In this document: positions 1 through 8,079 of the stretch, piece after piece | How the letters are laid out: each line of letters opens with the position of its first letter | Position numbering within the stretch: the stretch's first letter is position 1 | Origin: Candidatus Actinomarinales bacterium | GTDB taxonomy: Bacteria; Actinomycetota; Acidimicrobiia; Actinomarinales; Actinomarinaceae | Direction: 5' to 3' | NCBI GenBank assembly: GCA_004213405.1 | Contig: SGYR01000003.1 | Coordinates: forward strand, 4,925 to 68,924 | DNA length: 64,000 bases | The notes under the pieces: generated by a model | Seen by the model: only the letters and a program-made list of their open reading frames with translations | The model's database searches: none | Told to the model about the DNA's origin: nothing | Translations under genes and position numbers: made by a program

Positions 1-556
1 CTTGTGCTAAAGCTGCTTCTTGATCAAATGATGTAGCCCTCATTGCTACCCCATATTTTGACTTTCTAAAAAATATATTTAGAGCAATAATGATGAAGAT
101 TGCTGTTGCTAATGCAGCAATTTCTAAATATTTAATGGTCACTCCACCAATTTGTGCTGAACCAAAGTTTCCAAATGTTGTAAATGGATCTCCCATATAC
201 CTTGGGTTAAGTCCTATCCAATTATCTAAGGTAGTTCTCAATAATATATCAATACCTATTGTTAATATTGCTACAGAAAATACAGGTTCACCCACCATCG
301 GTCTCAAGAAAGTTCTTTCAACAATAAGTCCCAAAATACCTGTTAATGAAATACCTATAAACAAAGCTATCCAAAAAGGTACACCTCTGTCAACAGCCAG
401 CGAACTTATTAGCCCTGCTCCGACAACTGCTAAGGCTGGTTGTGCAAAACTTAAAACATCCATTGATTTATAAATCAAAACAAAACCAATAGCGACTAAA
501 GAATAAATAGCTGCTAAAGATAGCCCTTCAACAGTAGCTTGCAAAAATATTGTCAA
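1..556 (-). CDS. LIV-type ABC transporter permease (LivH family); N-terminal part only, gene continues past window start
   Basis: Hand translation of the minus strand from TTG at 556 gives MTIFLQATVEGLSLAAIYSLVAIGFVLIYKSMDVLSFAQPALAVVG..., a typical LivH N-terminus. TTGA overlap with the stop of the upstream acyl-CoA synthetase. Absent from the ORF track because it runs off the edge. Confidence 0.8.
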   Translation of the reverse strand, partial: MTIFLQATVEGLSLAAIYSLVAIGFVLIYKSMDVLSFAQPALAVVGAGLISSLAVDRGVPFWIALFIGISLTGILGLIVERTFLRPMVGEPVFSVAILTIGIDILLRTTLDNWIGLNPRYMGDPFTTFGNFGSAQIGGVTIKYLEIAALATAIFIIIALNIFFRKSKYGVAMRATSFDQEAALAQ

Positions 557-2409
557 GAATACATCTCCTCAATCAAATCACTAAACTGTTCAATTAAAAC
601 ATTCCTCTTTACTTTCTGAGTTGCTGTAAGCTCACCTTCTTCATGATCTAATTCTTTTGGAATCATTCGAAACTCCCTTACTTCCAATGATGAAGTCTTT
701 TCATTAGCCTTTGAAATTTCTCTCCATACTAAATCTTTTACCTCTTGCTTTTCAGATAAATCCCTATAGGTTGTGTGTGGAATATTTTTTCTTAAAGCCC
801 AGTTAGATACAGTATCAAATTCTATTCCAATTAGAACAGCAAGAAATTTTCTTCTATCACCAATTACTAATGCTTCTTTAACAAATGGTGATACCTTTAT
901 TTTATTTTCTATTTCAGATGGTGAAACGTTTTTTCCGCCACTTGTGATAATAATATCTCTTTTTCTATCAACAATTTTGACGAAATCATCATCATAAATC
1001 CCAACATCACCTGTGTAGAGCCATCCATCTTTGTCAATAGTTTCATTTGTAGCTTGTTCATCTTTAAAGTACCCCTTAAATACCCCGCCACTCCTAATCA
1101 AAATTTCTCCATCATCTGCAAGCTTTAATTCAACACCATGAGCTGGAACTCCTACTGTACCTATTTTTATATTTTCAGGACTATTACTAGTTGCATAAGC
1201 ACAATTTTCAGTCATTCCATAAGCTTCAAACAAAGGGACACCAATACTCATAAAAAATTTAAGTACTTCAGGTGCAATCGGAGCTGCACCAGATGCAGCA
1301 AATTCTGCTCTTTGCAAACCAAGTTTTTTCCTTAAGGATCTAAAAGATAAAATATAACCAATTGATAAAAGAATCTTTGCCAATAAATCATCAAAATTCT
1401 TGTTTAATTTTCTTTCTACTGCAATATCACCTAAATACATTGAAAAATTAAACAACAGTCTTTTGACAAAAGAAGCATCCTTCATCCTAACAAGTGCGCT
1501 CGAATGCATTTTTTCTAAGATTCTCGGTACAGCGGGAAAAATCGTCGGCTGTATTTCTGCTAAATCTGTTTGCACTGTGTCAATAGATTCCGCAAAATTG
1601 ATAGTTGCCATCAAATGAATTCCTATCAATAAATCAATTAGGCGACCAAATACATGACAAAGTGGTAAATATGATAGAAATTGTGAATCACTCTCACTTA
1701 AATTATTTGATATTGGAAAATATGGAAGTTGAGTGGCTACCCATCGTAAATTACCATGAGTTATCATTGAACCTTTTGGAGGGCCTGTAGTTCCTGAAGT
1801 GTAAACCATGATGGCAACGTCATTGTCATCTAGTTTTTTTATTTCATTTTCAACACATTCAGGAAAAGATTCATATTCACTCTTACCAATATCCAAAAAT
1901 TCAGAAAAAGTCATTAATTTAGGATGGTCATAGCTATACATCCCCTTATTTTCAAAATAAACTATTTTTTCTAACTGGGGAAGTGAATCAATTACTTCCA
2001 ATGCTTTATCAACCTGTTCCTGGTCCTCTGCAAATAAAATTTTGCTTTCAGAGTGTGAAAGCAAATACTTTACTTCAGCAGCTGGGTTTGTTGGGTAAAG
2101 ACCAACACTCACAGCACCAATAGACTGCGTGCCAACATCTGCAAAAAACCACTCTGGTCTATTTTCAGATTGTATGGCTACTGATTCACCTTTTTCTACA
2201 CCAAAAAAACGTAAAGCCATTGATATATAATTTGATTTCAACCAAAAATCTCTATAAGTAGTCTCTTGCCAGATTCCAAACACTTTATACCTCATTGCTA
2301 TTTTTTCTGGATAATCTTTAGAAACCTCCATAACTTTTTCAGAGGGTGTTCTTCCACCTTCATTTTTCAAAATTTCATATATGTCATTCATTGTTAGCGC
2401 CATAATCAC
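553..2409 (-). CDS. long-chain acyl-CoA synthetase (AMP-forming, FadD-like)
   Basis: 618 aa. AMP-binding signature YTSGTTGPPKGSMITHGNL and EAYGMTEN motif. 4-nt overlaps with ABC genes on both sides. Confidence 0.9.
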   Translation of the reverse strand: MIMALTMNDIYEILKNEGGRTPSEKVMEVSKDYPEKIAMRYKVFGIWQETTYRDFWLKSNYISMALRFFGVEKGESVAIQSENRPEWFFADVGTQSIGAVSVGLYPTNPAAEVKYLLSHSESKILFAEDQEQVDKALEVIDSLPQLEKIVYFENKGMYSYDHPKLMTFSEFLDIGKSEYESFPECVENEIKKLDDNDVAIMVYTSGTTGPPKGSMITHGNLRWVATQLPYFPISNNLSESDSQFLSYLPLCHVFGRLIDLLIGIHLMATINFAESIDTVQTDLAEIQPTIFPAVPRILEKMHSSALVRMKDASFVKRLLFNFSMYLGDIAVERKLNKNFDDLLAKILLSIGYILSFRSLRKKLGLQRAEFAASGAAPIAPEVLKFFMSIGVPLFEAYGMTENCAYATSNSPENIKIGTVGVPAHGVELKLADDGEILIRSGGVFKGYFKDEQATNETIDKDGWLYTGDVGIYDDDFVKIVDRKRDIIITSGGKNVSPSEIENKIKVSPFVKEALVIGDRRKFLAVLIGIEFDTVSNWALRKNIPHTTYRDLSEKQEVKDLVWREISKANEKTSSLEVREFRMIPKELDHEEGELTATQKVKRNVLIEQFSDLIEEMYS

Positions 2410-3170
2410 TTACCCCCTAAATATGCTTCTATAACATTTTCATCAACAACTATTTCTTTTGGAGTACCCTCAGCCAGTTTTTCTCCAAAATTTAAAACCA
2501 TTACTCTTTCAGCAATATCCATAACCATATTCATATCGTGATCTACGAGTATTACTGTCTTTTTTCTTTCTTCATGTAAGTCAATTATAAATCGAGCAAT
2601 ATCTTCTGTTTCTTCACTATTCATACCAGCAGCTGGTTCATCAAGTAAAACTATCTCTGGATTCATTGCTAGAGCTCTTCCTAACTCAACTCTTTTTTGA
2701 ACACCGTATGGTAAAGAAAGTATATATGAATATCTGTATTGTTCAATCTCAAGAAAATCAATTATGTCCTCAGCAATTTCTCTTGCTTCTCTTTCACTAT
2801 TTCTTACTTTTCTTGTATAAAAAAGGCTTGAAATTGCTCCATAATTTAATTTGCTATGTGCACCAAATAAAATATTATCAATTACAGTCATGTTCTCAAA
2901 CAGTTCAATATTCTGAAAAGTTCTCGCAATCCCAAGGTTAGCTACTTGATCAGGCCTCAGTTCGGGAATAGAACTTGTACCATAAGTAACATCACCTTCT
3001 GTTGGTTTATAAATCCCACTAATACAATTAAATATTGATGTCTTACCTGCACCATTTGGACCGATTATTGCATAAAGTTCGCCAGGGTTAACATCAAAAC
3101 TTACCGAGTTAAGTGCGGTAATTCCACCAAATTTTAAAGTTACGTCTTTGAAGCTTAATACTTGGCTCAT
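2406..3170 (-). CDS. LIV-type ABC transporter ATP-binding protein (LivG-like)
   Basis: Walker A GPNGAGKTS, LSLPYGVQKRVELGRAL signature region, Walker B VLLDEPAAG. Start placed at the ATG forming an ATGA overlap with the upstream stop; the ORF-track start at 3179 is also possible. Confidence 0.9.
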   Translation of the reverse strand: MSQVLSFKDVTLKFGGITALNSVSFDVNPGELYAIIGPNGAGKTSIFNCISGIYKPTEGDVTYGTSSIPELRPDQVANLGIARTFQNIELFENMTVIDNILFGAHSKLNYGAISSLFYTRKVRNSEREAREIAEDIIDFLEIEQYRYSYILSLPYGVQKRVELGRALAMNPEIVLLDEPAAGMNSEETEDIARFIIDLHEERKKTVILVDHDMNMVMDIAERVMVLNFGEKLAEGTPKEIVVDENVIEAYLGGK

Positions 3171-3955
3171 GACAACCATCTCTTCTTTCTTTTATAATGT
3201 TTAACGTCTTTAAAAGATTTTCTTTTTGTTCCTTCAGCATTTAAACCTAAATAAAATTCTCGAACGTCTTCATCATTAAGTAGTTTTTTACTGTCATTAT
3301 CCATGACGATATTTCCTGTTTCCATTATGTATCCATGATCTGAAATATTTAATGCCATATTTGCATTCTGTTCAACAAGTAAAACAGTAACTCCTTGTTT
3401 GTTGATCTCCTGGATTAATTCAGCAATTTGATCCACTAGCTTGGGCGCTAGACCTAAACTTGGCTCGTCGAGTAGGAGATATTCTGGTTCAGACATGAGT
3501 GCTCTACCTATTGCTAGCATTTGTTGCTCACCTCCAGAAAGATAACCCGCTTCACCTTTTTGTCTGTCTTTTAGAGCCGGAAACATATCAAGAACTCTAT
3601 CTATATTATTCTGAATATTAGCACTATTAGTGTGGCCGCCTAAACGAAGGTTTTCAACTACAGAAAGTTCAGAAAAGATTCTTCTACCCTCCATAACTTG
3701 AGCAATTCCTTTTTCTACAATTTTTGATGGATTCAAATTCGTAATATCGTCACCATCAACAGTTATGTTTCCTTTTGTTATATCTCCATTTTGAACATCC
3801 AAGAGTCCCGTAATAGATCTTATGACAGTTGTTTTCCCGGAACCATTACTTCCAAGCAAGGCTACTATTTTTCCTTTTGGAATTTCAAAAGATATTCCTC
3901 TAAGTACAAGAATTACATCCTGATAAACAACCTCAAGGTTTTGAACAGATAACAT
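3167..3955 (-). CDS. LIV-type ABC transporter ATP-binding protein (LivF-like) with basic C-terminal tail
   Basis: Walker A GSNGSGKTT, LSGGEQQMLAIGRAL, LLLDEPSLGL. Extra Lys/Arg-rich tail KRKSFKDVKHYKRKKRWLS. Confidence 0.9.
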   Translation of the reverse strand: MLSVQNLEVVYQDVILVLRGISFEIPKGKIVALLGSNGSGKTTVIRSITGLLDVQNGDITKGNITVDGDDITNLNPSKIVEKGIAQVMEGRRIFSELSVVENLRLGGHTNSANIQNNIDRVLDMFPALKDRQKGEAGYLSGGEQQMLAIGRALMSEPEYLLLDEPSLGLAPKLVDQIAELIQEINKQGVTVLLVEQNANMALNISDHGYIMETGNIVMDNDSKKLLNDEDVREFYLGLNAEGTKRKSFKDVKHYKRKKRWLS

Positions 3956-4078
3956 TTACCTAATAACTTTAAGTAATCGAATAAATTTTTTCAACCTATA
4001 CGAAATTTAATAAATTTAACTTGAAACCTTGTAAAAATATTGCTTACAAATATTAGTTACAATTATTGCTTATTTATT

Positions 4079-5296
4079 ATGAGATATATGAATGAAGACA
4101 ATTTTTTTCAACAAGAACTATTCGAACAGGAACAATATATCTCTGATTTGATTGAAAAAAAATCTGACAAAAAGAAAAGCTCTATAAATATTGTTTTTGG
4201 AGCATCATTAATTTCAAGTGGAATAGTTTTATCATTTTTATTTCTTTTTGGACTATTCGATGAAGAAGAGATTGTAATTCCAGAACCCATAACAATAACA
4301 GAAACTGTAACTGAAAAAGAATTAGTAATGCCAAGGGTTGATTCTACAGAAATAGTATCGATCGCTGAATTGGCTACAAAAACAATCGTTCAAGTTCAAG
4401 TTGGAAATATGTCAGAAGATGGAGAATTTTTACCTAATGGTGGAGGTTCAGGTGTTGTTATATCTGGTGACGGTTTAATAATGACTAATCACCATGTTAT
4501 TGATAACTCAACTCAAGTAAGAGTTGTTTTTGAAGATGGAAGGATGTATGAAAGTGAGATTATTGGGTCTGATAGGCTAACAGATATTGGATTATTGAAA
4601 ATCTCTGCATCAAATTTAGTTCCTATATCAATCGGTAACAGTGAAGCTCTAAAAGTTGGAGATTTGGCAGTTGCTATTGGCCACCCATTAACTTTAGGTG
4701 CTGCACCTACAGTGACAACTGGTGTTGTTTCAGCATTAGAAAGAAGACTAGATGTTGGTGGTGAGGCTATGAATTCAGGAGTTACCTTATTTGGCTTGAT
4801 TCAGACTGACGCTCCTATCACAAGAGGATCTAGTGGTGGTGCATTAATAAATAGTAATGGAGAATTAATTGGTATAACTACTGCTATTGCTACCGCAGAT
4901 GTTGGGGCAGAAGGATTAGGATTTGCAGTTCCAGTCAATTTAGCACTAGGGATAGCTGATGATTTACTCAAAGACGGACAAATCTTACATGCTTTTCTTG
5001 GAATTTTAGGTGCACAGCATTTTGACACTGCAGAAGATGGAGCAAGAGTGTTCTCTGGAGTCATAATACAAGAACTCTATGGCCCAGGAAATGAAGTCTT
5101 TGCGATTGGAAAAGCTGGTGCATTAGCTGGAGATATTATTAAAAAAATTAATGGAGTAAATGTAAAAACATTAGATGGTCTAATTACAGTGTTAAGACAA
5201 AAAAGAGCTGGTGATACAGTAGAAATTGAAATATTAAGAAACTCACAAGCAATTACACTTGTTTTTGAGTTGGATCTCCGCCCTTCAGATGTCTGA
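4079..5296 (+). CDS. htrA: membrane-anchored HtrA/DegP-family serine protease with C-terminal PDZ domain
   Basis: Catalytic motifs MTNHHVI, DIGLLKI, GSSGGALIN. N-terminal TM segment. Start taken at the ATG (MRYMNED...) rather than the TTG at 4040. Confidence 0.88.
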   Translation: MRYMNEDNFFQQELFEQEQYISDLIEKKSDKKKSSINIVFGASLISSGIVLSFLFLFGLFDEEEIVIPEPITITETVTEKELVMPRVDSTEIVSIAELATKTIVQVQVGNMSEDGEFLPNGGGSGVVISGDGLIMTNHHVIDNSTQVRVVFEDGRMYESEIIGSDRLTDIGLLKISASNLVPISIGNSEALKVGDLAVAIGHPLTLGAAPTVTTGVVSALERRLDVGGEAMNSGVTLFGLIQTDAPITRGSSGGALINSNGELIGITTAIATADVGAEGLGFAVPVNLALGIADDLLKDGQILHAFLGILGAQHFDTAEDGARVFSGVIIQELYGPGNEVFAIGKAGALAGDIIKKINGVNVKTLDGLITVLRQKRAGDTVEIEILRNSQAITLVFELDLRPSDV

Positions 5297-6329
5297 CGAT
5301 ATTTTTTCCCAATTATTTAATTTATTTAATAATGATGATGGTGACGTTAATTGGAACCTAGCATCTCAAATTAATAATCATATCAATAAAGAAGCTGAAG
5401 AGAGTTTTCTATTTTCTAATAGTGAGATGAACTATGAAGAGATTTTTCGAGCGATCCAACTAAACAACCAGACTTTAGATAGTCCATATGAAGATATTGA
5501 AAATTTGCAAATACTAAATTCTAAAGAATATGGGAATTGGTTTTTAGATTCTATAAAACATTTTGATTTTAGTAATTTAAATATAGCAAACTCAAGTCCA
5601 TTTAATTTAGCTGGTGCACAATCATCCATAATTGGTATGCAGCTTGGAAATATTTCTGGTTTCCTGAGTAAGAACACTTGGGGTCTAAGTCATTTTGGAG
5701 TTGTTCTCCCAAAAAGTAAGAGTCTCGCAATCAACAAATTAAATTTTGAGTCTAGAATTACTAAATTTGAAATTGATGATAAAGATGCCACTATGGCTTT
5801 AATGGCTCTGGAATTTATTGCACTTTCTTTAGGAAAATTTAATGTACCTTTTTTGTTCATTCTTGAACAAATGCAAAAGAGTAACGAGAGCTTAATTGAA
5901 AGCTTAGGTGAAATGAAACCTGATTTAGATCCAGCAAGTTTTTCAAATCCAGAAGAAATGTTTTCAAATATGCCGGAACTAAACAACATCAATTTTGATT
6001 CAATATTCGATTCAATGTTTGCTCCATTAAGTTTTTACAGACAAGTAATCAAAAGTACAACTAAAGATTTTTTGAATTTCATCGATCCAAGTGTTATTGA
6101 TCTAGTCACAGATTTAGATCTAGTAGGAACAAACTATACTGTAAGCGATTTCGAAAACAAGATCTCAAACTATGATGTGAAATCAGAAGCTTTCATAAAT
6201 TACCTAATCGAAAGTGAAAGTCGATATTCAACTATAGACATATTGTCGAATATCGATCTTATTCCTTCTTCATCAGAAATTGAAGACCCAATTTCTTGGG
6301 CAGCTAGAACTTCATTACCTCCTATTTAA
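5289..6329 (+). CDS. DUF2342 / zinc-dependent-metalloprotease-like protein, apparently lacking the HExxH motif
   Basis: N-terminal DVNWNLA and C-terminal EIEDPISWAAR resemble my recollection of the actinobacterial DUF2342 family. ATG overlaps the htrA stop (ATGTCTGA). The family assignment is from memory only. Confidence 0.55.
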   Translation: MSDDIFSQLFNLFNNDDGDVNWNLASQINNHINKEAEESFLFSNSEMNYEEIFRAIQLNNQTLDSPYEDIENLQILNSKEYGNWFLDSIKHFDFSNLNIANSSPFNLAGAQSSIIGMQLGNISGFLSKNTWGLSHFGVVLPKSKSLAINKLNFESRITKFEIDDKDATMALMALEFIALSLGKFNVPFLFILEQMQKSNESLIESLGEMKPDLDPASFSNPEEMFSNMPELNNINFDSIFDSMFAPLSFYRQVIKSTTKDFLNFIDPSVIDLVTDLDLVGTNYTVSDFENKISNYDVKSEAFINYLIESESRYSTIDILSNIDLIPSSSEIEDPISWAARTSLPPI

Positions 6330-6373
6330 ATTTAAATTCGCTAATATTGATTTATTAAGAAAGGATATTACAT

Positions 6374-6829
6374 ATGTCATTAAATATCGGAGATCAGGTA
6401 CCTGAATTTGAGTTATACAACCACGATAAAACCAAATACAGCGACAAAGACTTCTTGGGTCAAAAAACAATGTTTGTCTTTATGCCGTTCCCATTTAGCA
6501 GTGTTTGCGATAAAGAAATTTGTGAATTAAGAGATTATCAAGAATCTTTTATGAAAGAAGATACAAATACAGTGCTAGTAACAGTAGGTGCAAGCCCTAC
6601 AAATAGAGCTTGGGCTGAACAATACGATATTGAATTTCCTATTTTATCTGATTTCTGGCCGCATGGTGAAGCAGCTAAAAAATTTGGATGTTTTCATGAT
6701 GGTGCAGGGATATCTCTAAGATATACATTTATTACAAATGAAGAAAACGTAATCACAGAAATAATTAAAAGCGATGAAATAGGTGTTGAAAGAGATTTCA
6801 GCGAATATTCAGAAAGTTTCGGTATTTAA
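6374..6829 (+). CDS. peroxiredoxin (AhpC/TSA family, AhpE/Bcp-like)
   Basis: 151 aa. FMPFPFSSVCDKEICELRD matches the peroxidatic Cys region of AhpE-like 1-Cys peroxiredoxins. Confidence 0.85.
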   Translation: MSLNIGDQVPEFELYNHDKTKYSDKDFLGQKTMFVFMPFPFSSVCDKEICELRDYQESFMKEDTNTVLVTVGASPTNRAWAEQYDIEFPILSDFWPHGEAAKKFGCFHDGAGISLRYTFITNEENVITEIIKSDEIGVERDFSEYSESFGI

Positions 6830-7107
6830 CCTACATCTCTGACGTCAAATTCAGCTGCACGCTGTCTTTTAATACGTCTTCTTTCTCTTTCTGAAAGACC
6901 TCCCCAAATACCGAACTTTTCTGACTGTTCAACTGCATATTCAAGGCATTCATCTTGTACTGTACAAGCTCTGCATATTGCTTTTGCTTTTCTTGTGGAT
7001 GCTCCTCTTTCGGGGAAAAATAGATCTGCGTCTGCCCCTTTACAATTTGCTTCTTCAGTCCAAGAAGGCATTCCGCCAATTAGTTCATCTATTATTTTTA
7101 ACTCCAC
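6826..7107 (-). CDS. whiB: WhiB-family transcriptional regulator (Fe-S cluster protein)
   Basis: Cys pattern C-x24-CRAC-x5-C, GIWGG turn, basic C-terminus RERRRIKRQR. GTG start with AAGGAG 5 nt upstream. Confidence 0.92.
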   Translation of the reverse strand: MELKIIDELIGGMPSWTEEANCKGADADLFFPERGASTRKAKAICRACTVQDECLEYAVEQSEKFGIWGGLSERERRRIKRQRAAEFDVRDVG

Positions 7108-7138
7108 CCCTGCTCCTTACAGTAAATTACATAAGTGT

Positions 7139-7167
7139 AATTTATTACATCAATATCTGATTGTCAA
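7139..7167 (-). promoter_or_regulatory. candidate whiB promoter, TTGACA-N17-TAAATT
   Basis: On the minus strand, consensus -35 TTGACA (7167-7162), a 17-nt spacer, and -10 TAAATT (7144-7139). A 9-bp inverted repeat overlaps the -10. Confidence 0.45.
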
Positions 7168-7222
7168 GAGGTGTTTGTCTAAATAATTATTAGTTATTTT
7201 GGGAATATAGGATAATTAAATA

Positions 7223-7684
7223 ATGCAAAATCAAAACATTGTGTCTACTGGTTCTGTTTATAAAGGAAGAACCGGTATGTGGTTGTACCTCTTCCACAGG
7301 ATTACAGGAGTTGCATTATTTGGTTATCTTTTGCTTCACATTATATCCACAGCACTTATCTTGGCTGGACCCGAAATCTACGAAGGTGCTGAGGCAATAT
7401 ATAAAAACTTTTATTTTAGAATTGGAGAAGTCGGCTTAATGGCTGCTGTCTTAGCTCATGCAATCAACGGCTTAAGAATAATTGCTGTTGATCTTTGGAG
7501 CAAAGGGTCTGATTACCAAAAAGCACTAAACATAACTGCGATGGTTGTATTTATTGCAATATTTGTTCCTACAACATACAAAATGATAGATTCGTATTTT
7601 GAACTCTGCTTAGAAAAAAGTTCTGCTGGAACAACTGTGGTTGACTGCATGGTAAGGCCATTACCAGATTGGAAAACACAGTGA
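7223..7684 (+). CDS. sdhC: succinate dehydrogenase cytochrome b subunit
   Basis: 153 aa multi-TM protein at the head of the sdhCDAB cluster. Confidence 0.85.
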   Translation: MQNQNIVSTGSVYKGRTGMWLYLFHRITGVALFGYLLLHIISTALILAGPEIYEGAEAIYKNFYFRIGEVGLMAAVLAHAINGLRIIAVDLWSKGSDYQKALNITAMVVFIAIFVPTTYKMIDSYFELCLEKSSAGTTVVDCMVRPLPDWKTQ

Positions 7685-8079
7685 AATCGGTAAAGAGGAC
7701 TGACTGGGGAAGAAGAACTCCACCCATTGGTGGAAGTAATTTTGAACTATATGCTTGGTTTTTCATGAGAATAAGTGGTTTATTTCTAGTTCTTTTAGCT
7801 GCTGGGCATATGTTTATAATGCATGTCTTTAATGACACATTGAACCTAGATTACGAATTTGTTGCAGCTAGATGGGATACACCCTACTGGAGAACCTTTG
7901 ATTGGCTTTTATTAACACTTAGTATTCTTCACGGAACCAATGGGCTTAGAATTGTAATGCACGACAATATTGCAAACAAAACATTCAGGCAACTTGCTCT
8001 TTACGGTTTGTACTTCACATCAACTGCATTTTTTGTATTAGGAACTTATGTATTGGTAGCATTTGTGAGGGAAGTATGA
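7681..8079 (+). CDS. sdhD: succinate dehydrogenase hydrophobic membrane anchor subunit
   Basis: TM-rich protein between sdhC and sdhA. GTG start forming a GTGA overlap with the sdhC stop; the TTG at 7669 is an alternative. Confidence 0.8.
   Translation: MKSVKRTDWGRRTPPIGGSNFELYAWFFMRISGLFLVLLAAGHMFIMHVFNDTLNLDYEFVAARWDTPYWRTFDWLLLTLSILHGTNGLRIVMHDNIANKTFRQLALYGLYFTSTAFFVLGTYVLVAFVREV

Noticed and set aside
90-473. 127-aa plus-strand ORF at the left edge
   Set aside because: It lies antisense to a clear LivH-family permease reading frame on the minus strand (1-556). It has a low-complexity composition and no recognisable motifs, so it is a shadow ORF.
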